From NCBI GenBank assembly GCA_965112735.1, contig OZ218965.1:930001-994000 (forward strand): a DNA stretch of 64,000 nucleotides, read 5' to 3'. Each line of letters starts with the position of its first letter. Positions within the stretch are counted from its first letter, which is position 1. Made by a program: the position numbers and the translations under genes. The notes under the pieces were generated by a model that was not told where the DNA came from, did no database searches, and worked only from the letters and a program-made list of their open reading frames with translations. This DNA is from Phaeosaccion multiseriatum. Lineage: Eukaryota > Protista > Ochrophyta, other classes. Positions 21,721 to 35,860 of this stretch are shown in pieces.

Positions 21721-22240
21721 ATCAAGTGTATGGGCAGGACATCGACAATTGGTATCGAGGAGGTCTATTTCCGTCTAATTCAGGACAGTGGGTGGTGGTT
21801 ATCCGTGCAGTGACGAGGCCGTGTAGGGGGCAAAGGGAAGGGAGAAGGCCGTGTAGGAGACAAAAGGGATAAGGACAAGGGCATACAGGACATTGGGGCA
21901 AGTGTAAGGACAAGAACATCATCATCAAGGGGGTAGTATTGGACATTAGCAACGTCTTTAAATCATACATTCCACTTGGTCAGTCCGTACGTACATCGTA
22001 TAGAACTTGGAGTGAGCGGTAGGCCACTAGTCGGCTACTGAGAGCTGCTCCGGGAAGGGTCGTCACTGCCCTTGGCTCGGAAGCTAACATCACTGGTTGG
22101 CTTCGTGCCCGCATCTCGGTGGCCCTAGTGCGGGTCACAGTCTATGCCTTCGTGGCTCTTGAGTGTCTTGGCGCTGGTAGTTTACGTAATATATGAAAAA
22201 TAGAATTGGCAATGAGAATTTGGATGAGGGCCGACCTCCC

Positions 22241-23305
22241 TCAAATACGTGTGTCTGCATCGTCCAGCAGCGCTTCCCTCACCCACTTGCCTCTGCGGCA
22301 CTCGTGGAACCCCCCTGCGCGGAACTCTCTATACCACTCTCCAATCGTTGTGGCAGCGACAAGGCCGTTCATTTTCGCCGCGACTTGCGGAAGGATCCTT
22401 GACAGTGCGCATTCATGTCGTGCCTTTTGGATCTTCTCCTCAATCCCTCTCGTGTCCTCCCCCCTCTCCAGCTTCTCCCTCCATTCTTTTTCCTCCACCA
22501 GCGCTATCAACTGCTCATGTTTTGTCACTACAATTTCGGCAGTATGCATTGTGGCCATGGCCTGTTGGCTCAAACGTGCGACTGCAGCACGTGTGAGGTC
22601 TTCATAGTGGTCGTACTTGGAGACACACACCTGCCGCTGAGCTTCCTCTCCCTCCTTCCCTTCTCCCTCCTTCCCTTCTTCCTCCCCTGGTCGTGTCCTT
22701 AGAAGAGTGTGCAGATTTCTCCCGTCAATTTGGGCCGCGAAGACCTTAGTGTGAGCCTGCCTTGCTTCAGCCAAGCGGAGCCTCATGACGGGCAGCTGTC
22801 TTTGCCAATACAAACGCCTCAACTCTTCCTTCTTCCTTCCTTTCGCTTCCCTGTAAGTCTTTCTTGTCTCCCTCCAAGCTGGAAGATTCTTACGAACAAA
22901 GACGCTGAACCCGTCGCGAAGATGTTTGGTCTCCATCAGGAAGTCAAGCTCTGAGAGGATGGTACCTGTCTTCTGTCGATGCACCCTCTTTGCGGACTTG
23001 AAGGCTCTCTGCCCGACAGCACCTCCCAGCCCCCTTTCGACCCTAACCTCCTCATCCTCCATCACACCCCCATGTGTATCAATGTAAGTCTTCTCGATGG
23101 TCTTCATTTCTTGAGCGTCGTGTTGGTTGTGTGTGGGGGGGAAGAACCATTTTGAGCCTACCCACTTCCAGTTGCTCGACGTGTGCGATGCATCACCCTT
23201 GGCTTGCTTGTGCGACCTCTTTCTGTCTGGCACGCAGCCTCGAAAGCGCACTTTGCCGTCCTCTTTTCGTGGGTTTGACAACTTGGGCTCCTCCCTCAGG
23301 GGCAT
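22241..23305 (-). mobile_element. Intronless 354-aa ORF, probably the truncated N-terminal/HTH part of a Tc1/mariner-related transposase
   Basis: Long ORF without introns in an intron-rich genome. Its end, TIGEWYREFRAGGFHECRRGKWVREALLDDAD, resembles the HTH-linker 'W...F...G......RG.....LL.D.D' of eukaryotic DDE transposases; no DDE domain follows. Confidence 0.4.
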
Positions 23306-23686
23306 GGTCAGTGACTTTTCCGACCTCTTCTCCTTCGACTCAGATCTTGCTCCTCAGAGCTTTTTTGTTCGTTTTGACGCCCTCTAGCGATATACACCGT
23401 AGCCCGCTCAAAATTCTGTTGTCATTGCGCTCGTCTGCCTATCTCAACCACCCCATGTGTCATTTCCCCCCTTCGTGTTTTTCAAATTTACACCCCCCAA
23501 TTGGTTCTACAGTACACCTCGCGGTGAGGCCAGAGGAAAAAACTGTGTGGAAATCGACTCGAATCATCCAACCACGATTTAATTTCGATTCCCTTACTTC
23601 ACTTCGTATGAGTTTGCGTTAATAAATAAAAGCAGCTTCAAGGGTGGTGCTCAACGAGGCAATCGGCTTCCTGAAGGACCAGCACT

Positions 23687-26600
23687 ATGGTGCTTCTGAA
23701 AGTGAAGGGGAAGTACAAGGGGGAGGTGGAAATTCCGGACGGATTGGGGGGCACGACCGTCGCCGTGCTCAGAGAGCTTCTTTCCGATGCGAGCTCCATC
23801 AAGAGGGCGGACCTGCGGCTCTTGTCTAGTGAGTGCCTTGTCCAGCCGCTATTTTCCCTAGTCTTCTCCGATGGCTTCTCGCTTTGGCTCGCTGTCTGTG
23901 GTGGTACGGCAGCGGTGCTTGACATCATCTCACACCTCTCTGTCTGCTATAACCCTTGCAGCTTCCGGTTTGATTAGGAACTTGCTCTTACGTAAAGCAT
24001 TGAGTCCAGCGACACACTACTGTTCTACTTCTGCTGGTGCACCTCATAGGAAGACCGATCAAATTTCTCTCTGTAACTCCCCCACCCCCGCCCCCCTTCA
24101 ATGTGCCTTGACAGGTGGCAAAATTCTGAAGGACGAGCCCAACACGGCGACGCTTGAGTCCTGGGGAGTCCGCCCATCGTCCACCATCATGACCCTCGTC
24201 CAAGTACGTGTGTGTATGTGTGTGCGTGTGTATTGTTAGTGAGCCTGCATAGACTCAGATCTGTTCTCCTGCCCCCTCCCCTTTTATCATTTATCTGCGG
24301 ACCCCTCAGGAGTCAGAGGAAAAGTTACAGCGGCAAGAGAAGAGGAAGGAGCACTGCATGAAGCTGGTGGACGCAGCAGGAAAGCTCGCCAAAGTGGCGG
24401 GGGTAACACATCACGACGGCGGGGCCCATGCCAACTCCTATGGGGCAGGGTCACCCGAGCCTTCGTCCTCCTCGTCTTCAGGCTCCTCCACGCGGTCTTC
24501 CTTCTCCTCCGGATCCTCAGGGGCCTCCTACGAGAGCGACTGGGGGGGAGAAGAGGGGACTGGTGATGCTGCTGCTCGACGCAGGGCCCCGAGGCTGGAG
24601 CTCATGAATCAGGACGGGCAGGCCATCACTCTACCGCCCGAGCAGCAGAAGAAGATCATTGAAGGGATGCTGTTGCATGACAAAGGTAAGGGAAGGGGTG
24701 AGGGTGGCGGTGGCTTGTGCGGTATGTGTGCCATGAAGCAGTTCAGGGGGGGAGGGGGGGGGGGGGTGATGGTATGGTTTCCGCCTTTCCATTGCAGACT
24801 ACTTCGTAGTACTTCATACTGACCACTTACATTTACCATTGCCTTCGTATTGCATAGGCCGGGGCTACATGCGTCGTGCGGCAATGAAAAGAGAAGGCAT
24901 ATACCCCACACGTCAAAGGGGGGGAGGGGGGGGGGGTAGGCGGCGAGCCAGGCCCTCCCAAGAGGATGTGGCCGTTACCGGGACTACGCGGAAAGAGTCT
25001 CCGGACCAAGGAATGGTAAGTCAGTGTGGTGGGGTGCGCACGTCTTTCCCTTGGGGGGCCTGGGAAGTCCATCATCCGCGTCGGCTTGCTTGCTCCACCG
25101 TACGACTCGCCTTCACCTCACTTCGGCCAAACCCCCTCCTTCAGTCGGGAAAGAAACAAGCGTTACAATTTACCGAAGGATGAGGGAGGATGGCGAAGTT
25201 GCTTTGAGCATGAGAATACAGTGTATGGGAAGAATGTTAACGGGGAGAGTTGGGGAACATTGGGATGTCAATGGAGAGGTCAATGGAGAGGTCAATGGAA
25301 AGGTCAATGGGGATCATGTTGGGGACATTGGGGAGGGTGGGTAGGTTGGGGCAGCACACCTCTTGACCGCCTTCTCTTGCACCTCTCCCCTTCCTTTCTC
25401 TTTTCTTCCCTTCCCTGCCCCCGACCACCACCAGCCATCGCCACCACCGCCGCCGCCGCCGCCGGAGCAGCAGTACCAGCAGCAGCAGGATGAAAAGGAG
25501 GGGGCACCGTCCATGAATCCGGGTGTGAAGGGTGGGGCGGAGGAGGAGGGGAAGGGAACGGCGGAGGACAAAGAGAAGGACAAGGAGAATGAGAAGGAGG
25601 GTACGAAGCCAGGGAAGGGGAAGGCGACGAAGCGGCGACCGGAGGTGGAGACGGAGTCGGAGACTGTTGAAGAGCTGGAGGAGCAGGCCCTGTTGTGCTT
25701 CGTCAAGGCCAAGGAGTGCTTCTCGCTCACGGACCAGGCCCTTGTCCAAGCGGTGGACAACTTCCCGCTGCTGTGCCTGGACCTGGTGTGGCTGCTCTTC
25801 CTACGACGGTGAGAGACTTGTGTGTGCCAATCCAATCCAATACGTACCGGATTTTGGGTGGGCATCATGCCGTGGGCCACAGGAGCGCCAACTACTGCTG
25901 TATCACCAGCTGCTGCGGTGCCACATTCGTGTCCCTTACGGCGTGAGCGCCCATGTCTCTGCCTCTGACTCTTTGTCTCTGTCTCTGTCCTTCTCTCTCC
26001 TCATGCCCTCCTGCTCATGCCCTCATGCTCCTCACCCATACGCTGACTGGCAGGGACCTCTCTAACCTGGGCATGGCGGAGTCCCTCCTCCTTGAGGCGG
26101 AGAGGGGCCTGCAGAGGACACACGGGAAGAACATGGAGAGGCTTGTGGCGCTCAAGGGGGAGCACTGCGCTGAGCTGTGTCTCTACCCGAGGTGCGAGGG
26201 AGGGAGGGAGGGAGGGAGGGAGGAAGGGAGGGAAGGAGGGAGGGAGGGGGGGAGGAAGGGAGGGAGGGAGGAAGGGAGGGAAGGAGTGAGTGAGTACGTG
26301 CGTGTATGTGAAGAGGCACATCCGGGCGTATGTGAGAGGCATATTGGTGGTGCATGTGAGAGGCATATGGGGCAGACAGGGCCCTGGCGAGGAGCTCCGC
26401 AGACGCAGCAGCAGTAGCGACCTTGACACAAGCGGTAGCAGCCTTGACACAAGCAGTAGCAGTCTTGACACGAGTGCAGACCATCTTGTGCGGGTGGTGT
26501 ATCGATCCTGACAGAGGACTTACCTTGGCGTGCCTTGCTGGCTCCAGCACCTTAATGCCCCTCCACTCTCCTTCTTCCTGCTGCCTCGCCCCTCGCTACC

Positions 26601-28720
26601 CGCCTGTGCACGCACGCACCCACACACACGTTGCCGTCCTACAGACTCAACCTGCTGCAAGGAGTCGTGGCGTTTCATAAGGGCGACGAGAGCACCGCCA
26701 CGGTCAAGATCGGATTGGGTACGCACCCCATCGTAGCGCTTGCTTGTGCTGCTACCCTCGCCTTATGTGCTGGCTAGTCCCTCTTACGTATGTGCTGCCT
26801 AGTCTCTCTTATTGTACGTTGAGGAAGTGTGAAAGGTGTGGTACAAACGGGTGCATTGGTCACTGACCTTTTCAAGCCCTTCTCTACCCTCCCCCCCTGT
26901 CTCCCATCTCCCCTCTCCCCTCTCCCCCCTCCCCTGCCCCGCCTACCACACGGAGACAGCCAAGCAAGAGTGCTTGAGCCTGTCGGTCCAGCCCTCTGCT
27001 GTGGCCCTCTTGAAGGCCCAGGCAGCGTCGCTGTACGGACAAGTGGAGGACAGAGTCGCAATCAGAGCCCTTCGAGCATCTAAGGTGAGGCACCATCGCC
27101 AGCAGCAGCGGTATCAGCAGTAGGGAGGGGAGGGGAAGGAGAGAGGACGCGAGGTAGAGCGCTCAAAGCAGCGGGCAGCTGTGGCCGGCGTGGAGGGGAA
27201 CGACGCGGAGGAGCTTTGCGGGTACAATTTCTGTGTTTTGCCTTTTGAAACGCCTCAACCCACCGCGCGCGCACACACACTCCCCGTTCGAACATCTGTT
27301 GTTGGCTGCTGTATCACCACCTGCTGACGTGCGAACATCTGTTGCTGCTGCTGTATCACCAACTACTGATATCACAAACGGCTGATGCTTATCCAACTGC
27401 TTGCACCTTTCAGGGCAACTTGGACGGCGCCCTGGGGTACCTGGAGCAGCTGCGCCAGAGGAAGGTGCGTGCAACATCCCGTGCCTATGCCTACACCAGA
27501 GAGAGGGCGGCTCTCTCCCATGTCCTTCATTGCGTTGAAGAAACTGAGAAGGTCCTTCATCTCCTTCTCAGTTTCTCCACGCCTTCGGTGGTAAAAGAGA
27601 AGAGAGAAGAGGAAATCCGATGTGCCCTGTCTAACGGTTTCTCTCGCCACCCTTCTCACGTGCCTGCCGCTTGCGTGTGGGGATGCCCAATCTTATGTGG
27701 GTGCCCAATCTTGTGGGCATGCACAACTGTTTTGTTTCTTCGACAGACGCGGCAGGAGATGGAAGTCGCTCACCGCGATAATGAGAGGGCCATGAAGCAA
27801 TACGGGAAGACGGCTGACGGAAAGGTACACGCATATATATATATATATAGAGAGAGAGAGAGGGAAAGAGAGAGAGAGACAGAGAAGACAGAAGAGAGGG
27901 CGAGAGAGAGAAGAGAGGGAGAGAGAGAGGGAAAGGGAGAGGGGGGGACGAGAGCAGGGGGTCCCCTTGGATGGCAGCACACACCGTGAACATCAAGCAA
28001 TAGCCCTCCATCGCTGCAGCTCACGCACGCACCCACGCACGCACCCGCGCACCACGCTCTCTCTCTCTATCAGGACTACGTGAACGTGCTGCTGGTGCGG
28101 TCACTGGGGGAGGCGCTCGGAGTGATCCAGGGGGGGAAGAGAGGACGCCAATCGGACACAAGCGCCGCCGCCAGGTCAGGGGCGCGCGCGAAGGGGGAGG
28201 GGAGGAGGCGAATGGAAGAGAGAAGGGAGGCAGGGAGTGAGGGTGGGGGCGAAGGAGAGGGAAGGGAGGGAGGGAGGGAGGGAGGGAGGGAGATGTATTG
28301 CCGGTGGTGCATGTGTTGATGTGTGTGGGTGTGCACGCAGAAACCGGGGGTCTCGCCTCCTTCGCTGACCTCGAGCATCGAATCCCTGCCCTTCCCGCCC
28401 GTGCTCTCGTGCGTGCGTGCGTGCGTGCGCGTGTGTATATATGTGTGCGTGTGCCTCCCATCCCCCCCCTTGCTTCCCTATGACACTGCAGCGCTTCGAC
28501 TTCGCCTGGCAGCGGCGGCGGTGGCGGAAACCCTCCTCTGTCCGAGCTTGACGTGGTGGAGGCGCTGCGGTGGAGCAACAATAACGAGGCTGACGCCATG
28601 GTGCGCCTCACTGCACCGGCTTGGATGAGGGGCGGCATGATGGAGGTGGATGGGCCGGCAAGGGAGGGGGCGGGAGGCGGTGGTAGCTCAACGGATATGG
28701 AAGTGGACACTCCCGAAGAA

Positions 28721-28751
<31 letters not shown>

Positions 28752-29378
28752 CGAGTGATGTATCACCAACTACTGTTGCAACTGAAGGACGAGAGCGCAG
28801 GCGGGGTAGGCGGAGAGGAGGGGACATGGCAGGTGAGACAGGAGAAGGGGAGGAGGCAAAGGAGACAGACAGACCAGAGGCCCGACCTTGATGCATCGGG
28901 CCGAGATGAGAGAGGGCAGAGAGGGCAGCGGAGCAGGGGTGGATGGGGAGAGAGAATCGACGGTTACATTTTTGGGGATGATTCGAGGCAGCCAGCTTCC
29001 CTTATCGGCTCGTCACACCCCCCTTCCCCACCCTTCTTCCCCTCGTCTCGCTCTTCCGCCTTCCCTCACCCCCTTCCCCCTCGTCCCTCTCGTCGGGCAG
29101 GCGCTGAGGCGGAAGAGGCGCCGCCCACTGAGGAAGAGAGGGCTCTATTCAGAGAGATTGAGGCCGACGTTGAGCGCGACGAGGAGGGACACCTCGACAT
29201 GACTCTTCGCGAGGAGACACTGGCGGCGGAGATGTACTGGCAACTGCTTGTGGGAAATGCCAAGATGCTCGATGTGGGCCGATGGGAGAGGGATATCGAG
29301 CGGCTAAAGCAGGAGGCAAGGATGAAAGAGGAGGAGGAGGGAGGCGGGGGGGGGGGAGGAGGAGGAGAAGAAGGGTAG
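23687..29378 (+). CDS. NUB1: NEDD8 ultimate buster 1 homolog (UBL + NUB1 helical region + UBA), ~13 exons
   Basis: Motifs in order across GT-AG introns: UBL LRLLSSGKILKD..TLESWGV; LELMNQDGQAITLPPEQQKKIIEGMLLHDKG; AVDNFPLLCLDLVW; HGKNMERLVALKG..ELCLYPRLNLLQGVVAFHKG; AIRALRASKGNLDGAL; QYGKTADGK; DEEGHLDMTLREE. Confidence 0.9.
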
Positions 29379-29770
29379 GGAAGAGTAGGGTGGGAAGGAG
29401 ATGTGAAAGACGAGGGAGACGGCCGGAGGCAAAAAGGGGAAGGGGAGAAGGACGGCGAGGAGAGAGATGATGATGTCGAGTGAGGAGCCAATGGGATCCA
29501 CCGTGATGCGTTGCTTTGGTCGTGAAACGTTAGTATGAGATTGAATGAGCCTCCCACTCCCTTGGTTTGTCTCGGGCCTTCTCTCCCTTCTTGATTGCCT
29601 CGGGCCTTTTCTCCCCTCTCGCTGCTCGAAGCAGCGGCTTCTATGGACGCCACACCACTCCCATGTGTTATCGATGCGGTACTGTACTGGCGGTAGTACC
29701 TCATTCACTGTAGTATATGCAGGAACTACCTTCTTTCTCCATATGCGTCTATGCCTCTATGCGTGCTCTA

Positions 29771-32700
29771 TTACGCCCAGCTAATGGTGGCATTCTCCCA
29801 GTCATCGCCCAGAGCAACTGCACGGCCATCACCACCCCCACCCCCACCCACAGCCTCACCCGCACCCCCGCCACTCCCTCTTCCCCCGGCCTCGGCTTCA
29901 GGGCCTTGCCCGTCTTCAGTGGCTCCAGTGCCGGCTCCTTCAGCTGCCATGTGGCCCCTTTTCTTGCCATCTACTGATGCGGCGGAGGGCCCCCAATCAA
30001 GGCCGAAGTGATCGAGTATGTCGAGCTGATCCTTGAGGACGCTCTCGCGCTTCTCCTTCAAAAGGCTGTCCAGTCGGAGTTTGGTCCGCTGTAGCGCTCC
30101 TCCCTCCGTGGTGGTCGTGGTCGGTGGTGGGACGGCAGCAGCAGCAGCAGGAGCAACAACAACAGTTGGTGATACAGCAGCAGTTGGCGATGCAGCAGTG
30201 ATTGGCGAAACAGCAGCAGTGCTGCGGGAAGCCCAAGGTACGGGGGCAGCAGCCGAAGAGAATGAAGGGGCTATGGCGGGGGTAGAGTCGATGACATCGA
30301 ACGCATCAAGGGCACCTCCTATCCCCGCACTTGCACTTGCACTTGCGCTTGAGGCAGGCTCTGAAACCACCGCTCCCAATTTGCCGCCTCTGAGAGAGCC
30401 CTGCACCGTGCCCCCGCCGGGTTGTTGCTCTCGAAGGTCTGGGTTCCCCGCCTCCTCCTCCTCCTCCTCCTCCTCCTCCTCCTCCTCCTCCTCCTCCTGC
30501 CCCCACTCTTGCCAAGCCACTGCACCCTCCTCCCCGCCCTCGCTGCCCTCGCTGCTGTATCTGCTGCTGCATCTGCTGCCATCGTCACCCGCGTATGCCT
30601 TCAACACTTGCGTCAGAGGGTCGTCAGCGTCAGCCCCTAACGCCAACGCGACCCCCGCGTCCCTCTCGACAGACCTCTCAGCCCCAACGTTCTCCCCGTC
30701 TGTTGCCATCCGCCCTTGTCCTTGTCGTGCGTCTACCGAGCCACCCCCACCACCGTGAAGCCGCGACTCTCTCCCCTGAGACTGAGACTGCGGTTGTGCC
30801 ATTTGTGACCGTGCCCCCCCTGCCCTCCTCATCGATTCAGAAACCTCCCTCTTCCTCCCCCTCCTTAATCTCCCCCTCACCCTTCCCTGGCTGACTACCG
30901 TACTGGTAGCGGTCCTTTGGGCCAGCATTGTCTTCCCCCGCCGCCCCGCCCCTTCCCCTCTCTCCTCCTTCTTCTCCTCCTCCTCCTCCTCCTCCTCCTC
31001 CTCCTCCTCCTCCTCCTCCTCTTCCCCCTGCTGCTGCTGCTGCTGCTCCTGCGGAAGTAGCACCAACTGCAGCTGCTGCTGTTGCTCTTGGTGTATCACC
31101 AACTGCTGCTGCAAAACCTCCTCCATGCTCCTCTGCCGCAGCAGGTAGGTCGAGTAGCATCGCTCGCACACCGACACCGCGTCATACAGCACTGCCCTCT
31201 GCCGCTGACTCAGACCCCCCAACACCTCCGCCCGACGCCTCTCCACCGCCCTCCTCGAAGGGGGAGGAGCGGATGCAGATGGCGACTGTGAGGGTGAAGG
31301 TGGATGTAGAGGCGGCGGAGGTCCAGGAGAGTAGAGAGTCACTCGCCTCTCGAGCTGGGCCGCGTTCTGACCCGTGTACGGGACCACTGCCGCCGCAGTA
31401 TCACCAACTGCTGTATCACCAACTGCTGCTGCTGAAGGTGAGTAAGGAACCTGTGGATTGATCACCTCGTCGCCCTCATGCCCGCTCTCTGCCCCTGCCC
31501 CTGTGTCTGCCTGTGAGTGTGCTTCTGCCCCTGCCGCTGCTCCATGTGGTTCGCCCCGCTCTACCGCTGCTTGGTGTGCTTCTCCTCGCTCTACTTCCGC
31601 TCTTCCTCTTCCTCCTTCTCCTTCTCCTTCTCCTCCTCCTTCTCGTCCTTCTCCACCCCCTCCTCCTCCTCCTCCTCCTCCGATGAACTCATCGTACAGC
31701 CCGTCGAGCACCAGCACTTTGTAGGGCAGATCGAACCTTCTGGTTGCTGCTACTCCTCCTCCTCCACTACCCCCTCCGCCTCCTCCTCGTCGTCCTCCTT
31801 CTCCTCTTCTTCGTCCTCCTCCTCCGGTGCCGTCTCCCCTTCTCGCTTCACACGCGCCCCCACCCCAGCCTTCTTCCTTGCCCTCCTTCTCGGCCTGGAA
31901 ACCCTCCTGCTCCTCCTCTTCCTCTTCCTCCTTCCCCTTCTGCTGCTGCTGCTGCTGCTGCTGGTGTACCTCTATCCTTTGAGTGGTTCCACAGCCGCCA
32001 CTCACACAGTAAGCACCCGGGCAGGCCGTGGTACCCTTCCGTCTCGCCCGCGCCTCCTTCCCACCTCTTGAACCCCCCCCCCCGGGCAACCCGTCGTCTC
32101 CTCCTGCCCGGTAGGGCACCAGTGCCAGTCCTCCTCCTCCCCCTCCTCCCCCTCCTCCTCCTTCGCTGCCGCCGCTACCAACTCCACCACCACTAAACGA
32201 CAAGCCCTCCCTGCTGCTGCCTCTGCTACTGCCACTGCCCTGGGCCTTGGCCAGATGTGTGAATCTGAAGGCCTTAACCTGCGTCATCCACCACTTCCCC
32301 TCCCCGTCTTGGATGTAGTCCGCCGCCAGCTCCTCCACTTGGATACGGCCCAGCGTTAGGCTGCCATCCTCCGCACTGCTACCGCCGCACCTCCCTCTGC
32401 CACCCTTGCCCCCCTTACCCCTGTCACCATCTCCATCATCATGGGCCCGGGCCATGCCTCTTCGTCGGCCGCCTTCACGCCCTCCTCCTCCTCCACCTCC
32501 TCCACCACCGCCTCCTCCTCCTTCTCCCCCTCCTTCTCCTCCTCTTCGTCCTCTTCCTCCTCCGCTTCGACCACCACCACCACCAGTTTGGCCGTAGCTT
32601 GGTATGTCTGCGTGTGTGTCTGCGTATGTGCGCGCGTGTGTGTCTGCGTTGCTGCCTCCTCCGCTTTCCAGTGCCCGTGCAAGAGCTGAAACCATGGCCT

Positions 32701-34685
32701 TTGGTTCCGCCCAGCTCTTGCTGCTGCCCTGACTCTTGGTGATGCTGCAAGAAGCCCCAAGTTGCTCTGCAACTCGAGGGGATACAAGTACATTAAGGAT
32801 GGGGAGGGGATGGCAGCGGACGGGGAGGGGAGGGGAAGGCAGTGGATGAGAAAGGCGGGGAGGATTGGGTAGCAATGCATGGTTGCGATACCAACACTAT
32901 TCATCAAATACACACTCACCTGACGCTGACGTCACGAACGGATCTGTATCCGTGACTACCCAACAGTGGCTGGACTTGCCTCTCCTGTGTACGTATGTGT
33001 GTGTGTGTTTGTGTGTTATGTGTGTGTGTGTGTGTGGGTGTGTATGTGTGTGTGCGTGTGTGCGTACGTGTGTGTGCGCAGCAGCGCAAGGATTGGATCA
33101 ATAGCCGCGACAGGGGGAAACTGGTCATGGGTTGAGCAAGTAGCAAAGAGAGTCCATCTGGAGCCCTCTGTCTGTGTACCTCTCTACAACACCCCGCCCG
33201 TCGACCCCAAGCCCCCCCCCCCCCCCCCTTACGCACAGGTACTTAATACCCTTCTTCACCTGTGCACAGCGCGTACGGTCCAGCTGGCGGGGCCCTTGGA
33301 ACTGACGTATGTCTGGAGGGCCCAGCAACAGGCGCCGCCGGAGCCTTTGGAGGGCAGGAGCAGGGGGGAGGACGAGGAGGACGACGAGGAGGACGAGGAG
33401 GAGGACGACGAGGATGGAGGGAGGAGGCCGTCGGAGCATTTGGGCAGTGGGGTGTCTCCTTCTTCCCTTCCTGGCGGGATGAGGAGCCCCTCCTCGCCTG
33501 CTGCAAGGAGGCTCTCGTTGTGTTGGTCTTTGTGCTTGTGCTTGTTGTTGCTCTGTAGTGCTGGGTGGGGTGAGCTATGACCTCCCTCCTCGCCGTCCTC
33601 GCCGTCGTTTTGACACTCTTGACAGCCCTGGCACCTCTCAGCAAGGGCCCTCACCAGTGCGGCATCAGCCTGCATGTGGCATCATGTGTATGTGGGGGGG
33701 GACGTCTAGTGGTCAGCGACAAGCACACGAGAGGATATCGGGAGAGAGGGAGAGAGAGGGGGAGAGGCGCGAGGACAGCGCTCCCCCATGATGACTCCGC
33801 CGCAAGTAGTCCATTCCCCACCCCCCTCCCCTCCCCCCGGGAAAGTTGAATGTTCCGTGAAGGTTCCTCCACCCCCTACGCTCCACACCGAGCGGCTTGA
33901 CCCCTCACCTCAGAGACGCTGTGCAGCAGGGAAATGTCGTTGCGGCGGAAGGTGTCCCAGTCCGCTGCCGGCCGCTTCAGCACGGCCACTGGGGGGCTGC
34001 AGCCGTCAGAAGGACCAGGGGGGGAGGGGGAAGACGGCAGCAGCGAAGGCAGAGACGTCGTCGCCGCCGTCGGACCCCCAAGGGCCGAAGAGTCAGCTGC
34101 GGGGGCCCGCACAGCGTCTGGGGCCTTTTTAAGAGGATGGCAGTGCATGGTAGTAGATGGCAGTGAATGGGTCTGAGGCTGAGGCTGGGGCTGAGGTTGG
34201 GGCGGGGGCCGCTTACTGCGGAGGAGCTTCTTCAAGACACGCTTCCTCTCCTTGACGGACGTGAGGAGGGTGGAGCTCGGCACGGAAATTATCTGGGCAG
34301 CAGGCAGAAGAGCGCAAGACAAGGTGCCAGGACAGAGGAAGGTTGAGGGGTGAGTGGGTTTAAGACAAAGATATCCTCGCTGGAATGCCTAAGGTACTGG
34401 CTGAAGGAGCGGTGGAAGAAAAGAGACGGCACTTCCTCTCCCCACCATCGCCGGCCTCTACCGGGCTCACTCGGCCGACCTCTCGCCCTCTCCCTCTTCC
34501 CTCTCCCCCCCCCCTCCTTTAAAAAGGAGCCGCTTAAGTCTGACCACACCTACCTCACGAGTGAGAGCACCGTCCACATCGGTACGGAGCAGCACAAGCA
34601 CCTCTACCCGACCCACTGCATCTCGTCCCCCCTTCTTCTGCATGGAGGCCGTTCGCCCACCAACGCACTCGCCTCCGCTCCCCTC

Positions 34686-34719
<34 letters not shown>

Positions 34720-35513
34720 TATCCAAGCAAAGTAGTAGGCATTCGAAGCTTGATCCCGTGCGGCAAAAACTTTAAGAAGAACAGACCCGGAAGGAGCAGT
34801 CTCTGTGGGTGTTGCTGCGGCCGAACCTGCCCAACACGGGGGTTGTTGGTAGCTGAGGGTTGGGGGCAGCGAGGATAGCGCAGGTCCAGAAGATTCGACT
34901 TTCTGTATATCGCCTCCAGCACTCTCTGTGGTGGTGGAAGGCCGCTGCTTCTACGACTCGTCGTCCGTCTCCTTCCCCTCCCAGACAGCAAGTCCCAATC
35001 TCCCACTTCGCTGCCGCCGCTGTTGCTGTCTCTTGAGTCTGTCGGGCCCGTACATCGCTTCCCCCCTGGTGCAGACATGGGCTCAAGGTGTAGCGGCCTT
35101 CGACGTGGCCTCCTCCTGCCGTGCTGCGAGGGAGGGAGGGAGTGTGAGCGTGCCAGTCTGCCACGTCCTCCGTTCAGCGTCGCGGCCAGTCCATCCTCCT
35201 CCAAGCATCCACCTCCTCCGGATGATGATTTTCTTCGAGCAGGATAGCTGCCCTTCTTGGGTCTCTCAAGTGGGGCCAGGGGGGGTGGGACGTCGCTGCC
35301 GTACCGATCTACCCGCCTGCGCGCCCGCCTGACCGACTCGGCAATACTAGCACTAGTCGCTGTAGATGTGGAGGAGATGGGCTCTCCGAGGGCCCTCTTG
35401 AGGCCATCGAGCCATCCTTCATCGTTGCTGTTGGACCGCATGTAGCGGCGCTGCTGCTTGGCGTCGTAAGGTGGTACTTGCCCATCCTTGGTCGACTTCA
35501 CTCCAATCCTCAT
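29771..35513 (-). CDS. Large multi-exon hypothetical protein with a conserved-looking module (ELAADYIQDGEGKWWMTQVKAF ... CPGAYC ... LPYKVL ... LYDAVSVCERCY) embedded in low-complexity sequence
   Basis: ORFs 34467..35513, 33876..34322, 33243..33644 and 29771..32875 on the minus strand, with intervening splice signals. The motif set recalls an uncharacterised protist family. Exon boundaries are approximate. Confidence 0.65.
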
Positions 35514-35860
35514 CGCCTCCTGCTTCCTCAGCCCATGTTCCTCCTTTCGCCTCTAGTTCAGCTCTAGATACGGGGGCTCTAGTGACACTATCCCCCTCTT
35601 CGTGCCCCTTAACTCTCTTTCAACGCGCGCCAGCTGCAGCAACAGCAAAGGAAAAGGAGAACTTTGGACATGGGGCCCGAGCGGATGGCACTGGAGGGTG
35701 GAGGAAGGGCGACCTGTAAAACATTCTTTGAAAAAAAAGAAAGAAGAAACCAAGCCACGACACAGTAGTCGCGGTGGCAGCAGTTTATTGCATAGAACCA
35801 GTAGCAGCAGCAACGGCAGCAGTTGGAAGGACAGAGGACCAGAGAGGGATTGGGGAAGAG

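Noticed and set aside
23509-23530. TACAGTACACCTC as a Tc1/pogo-type terminal repeat for the 22241-23305 ORF
   Set aside because: It is in the wrong orientation for that ORF and no partner repeat was found.
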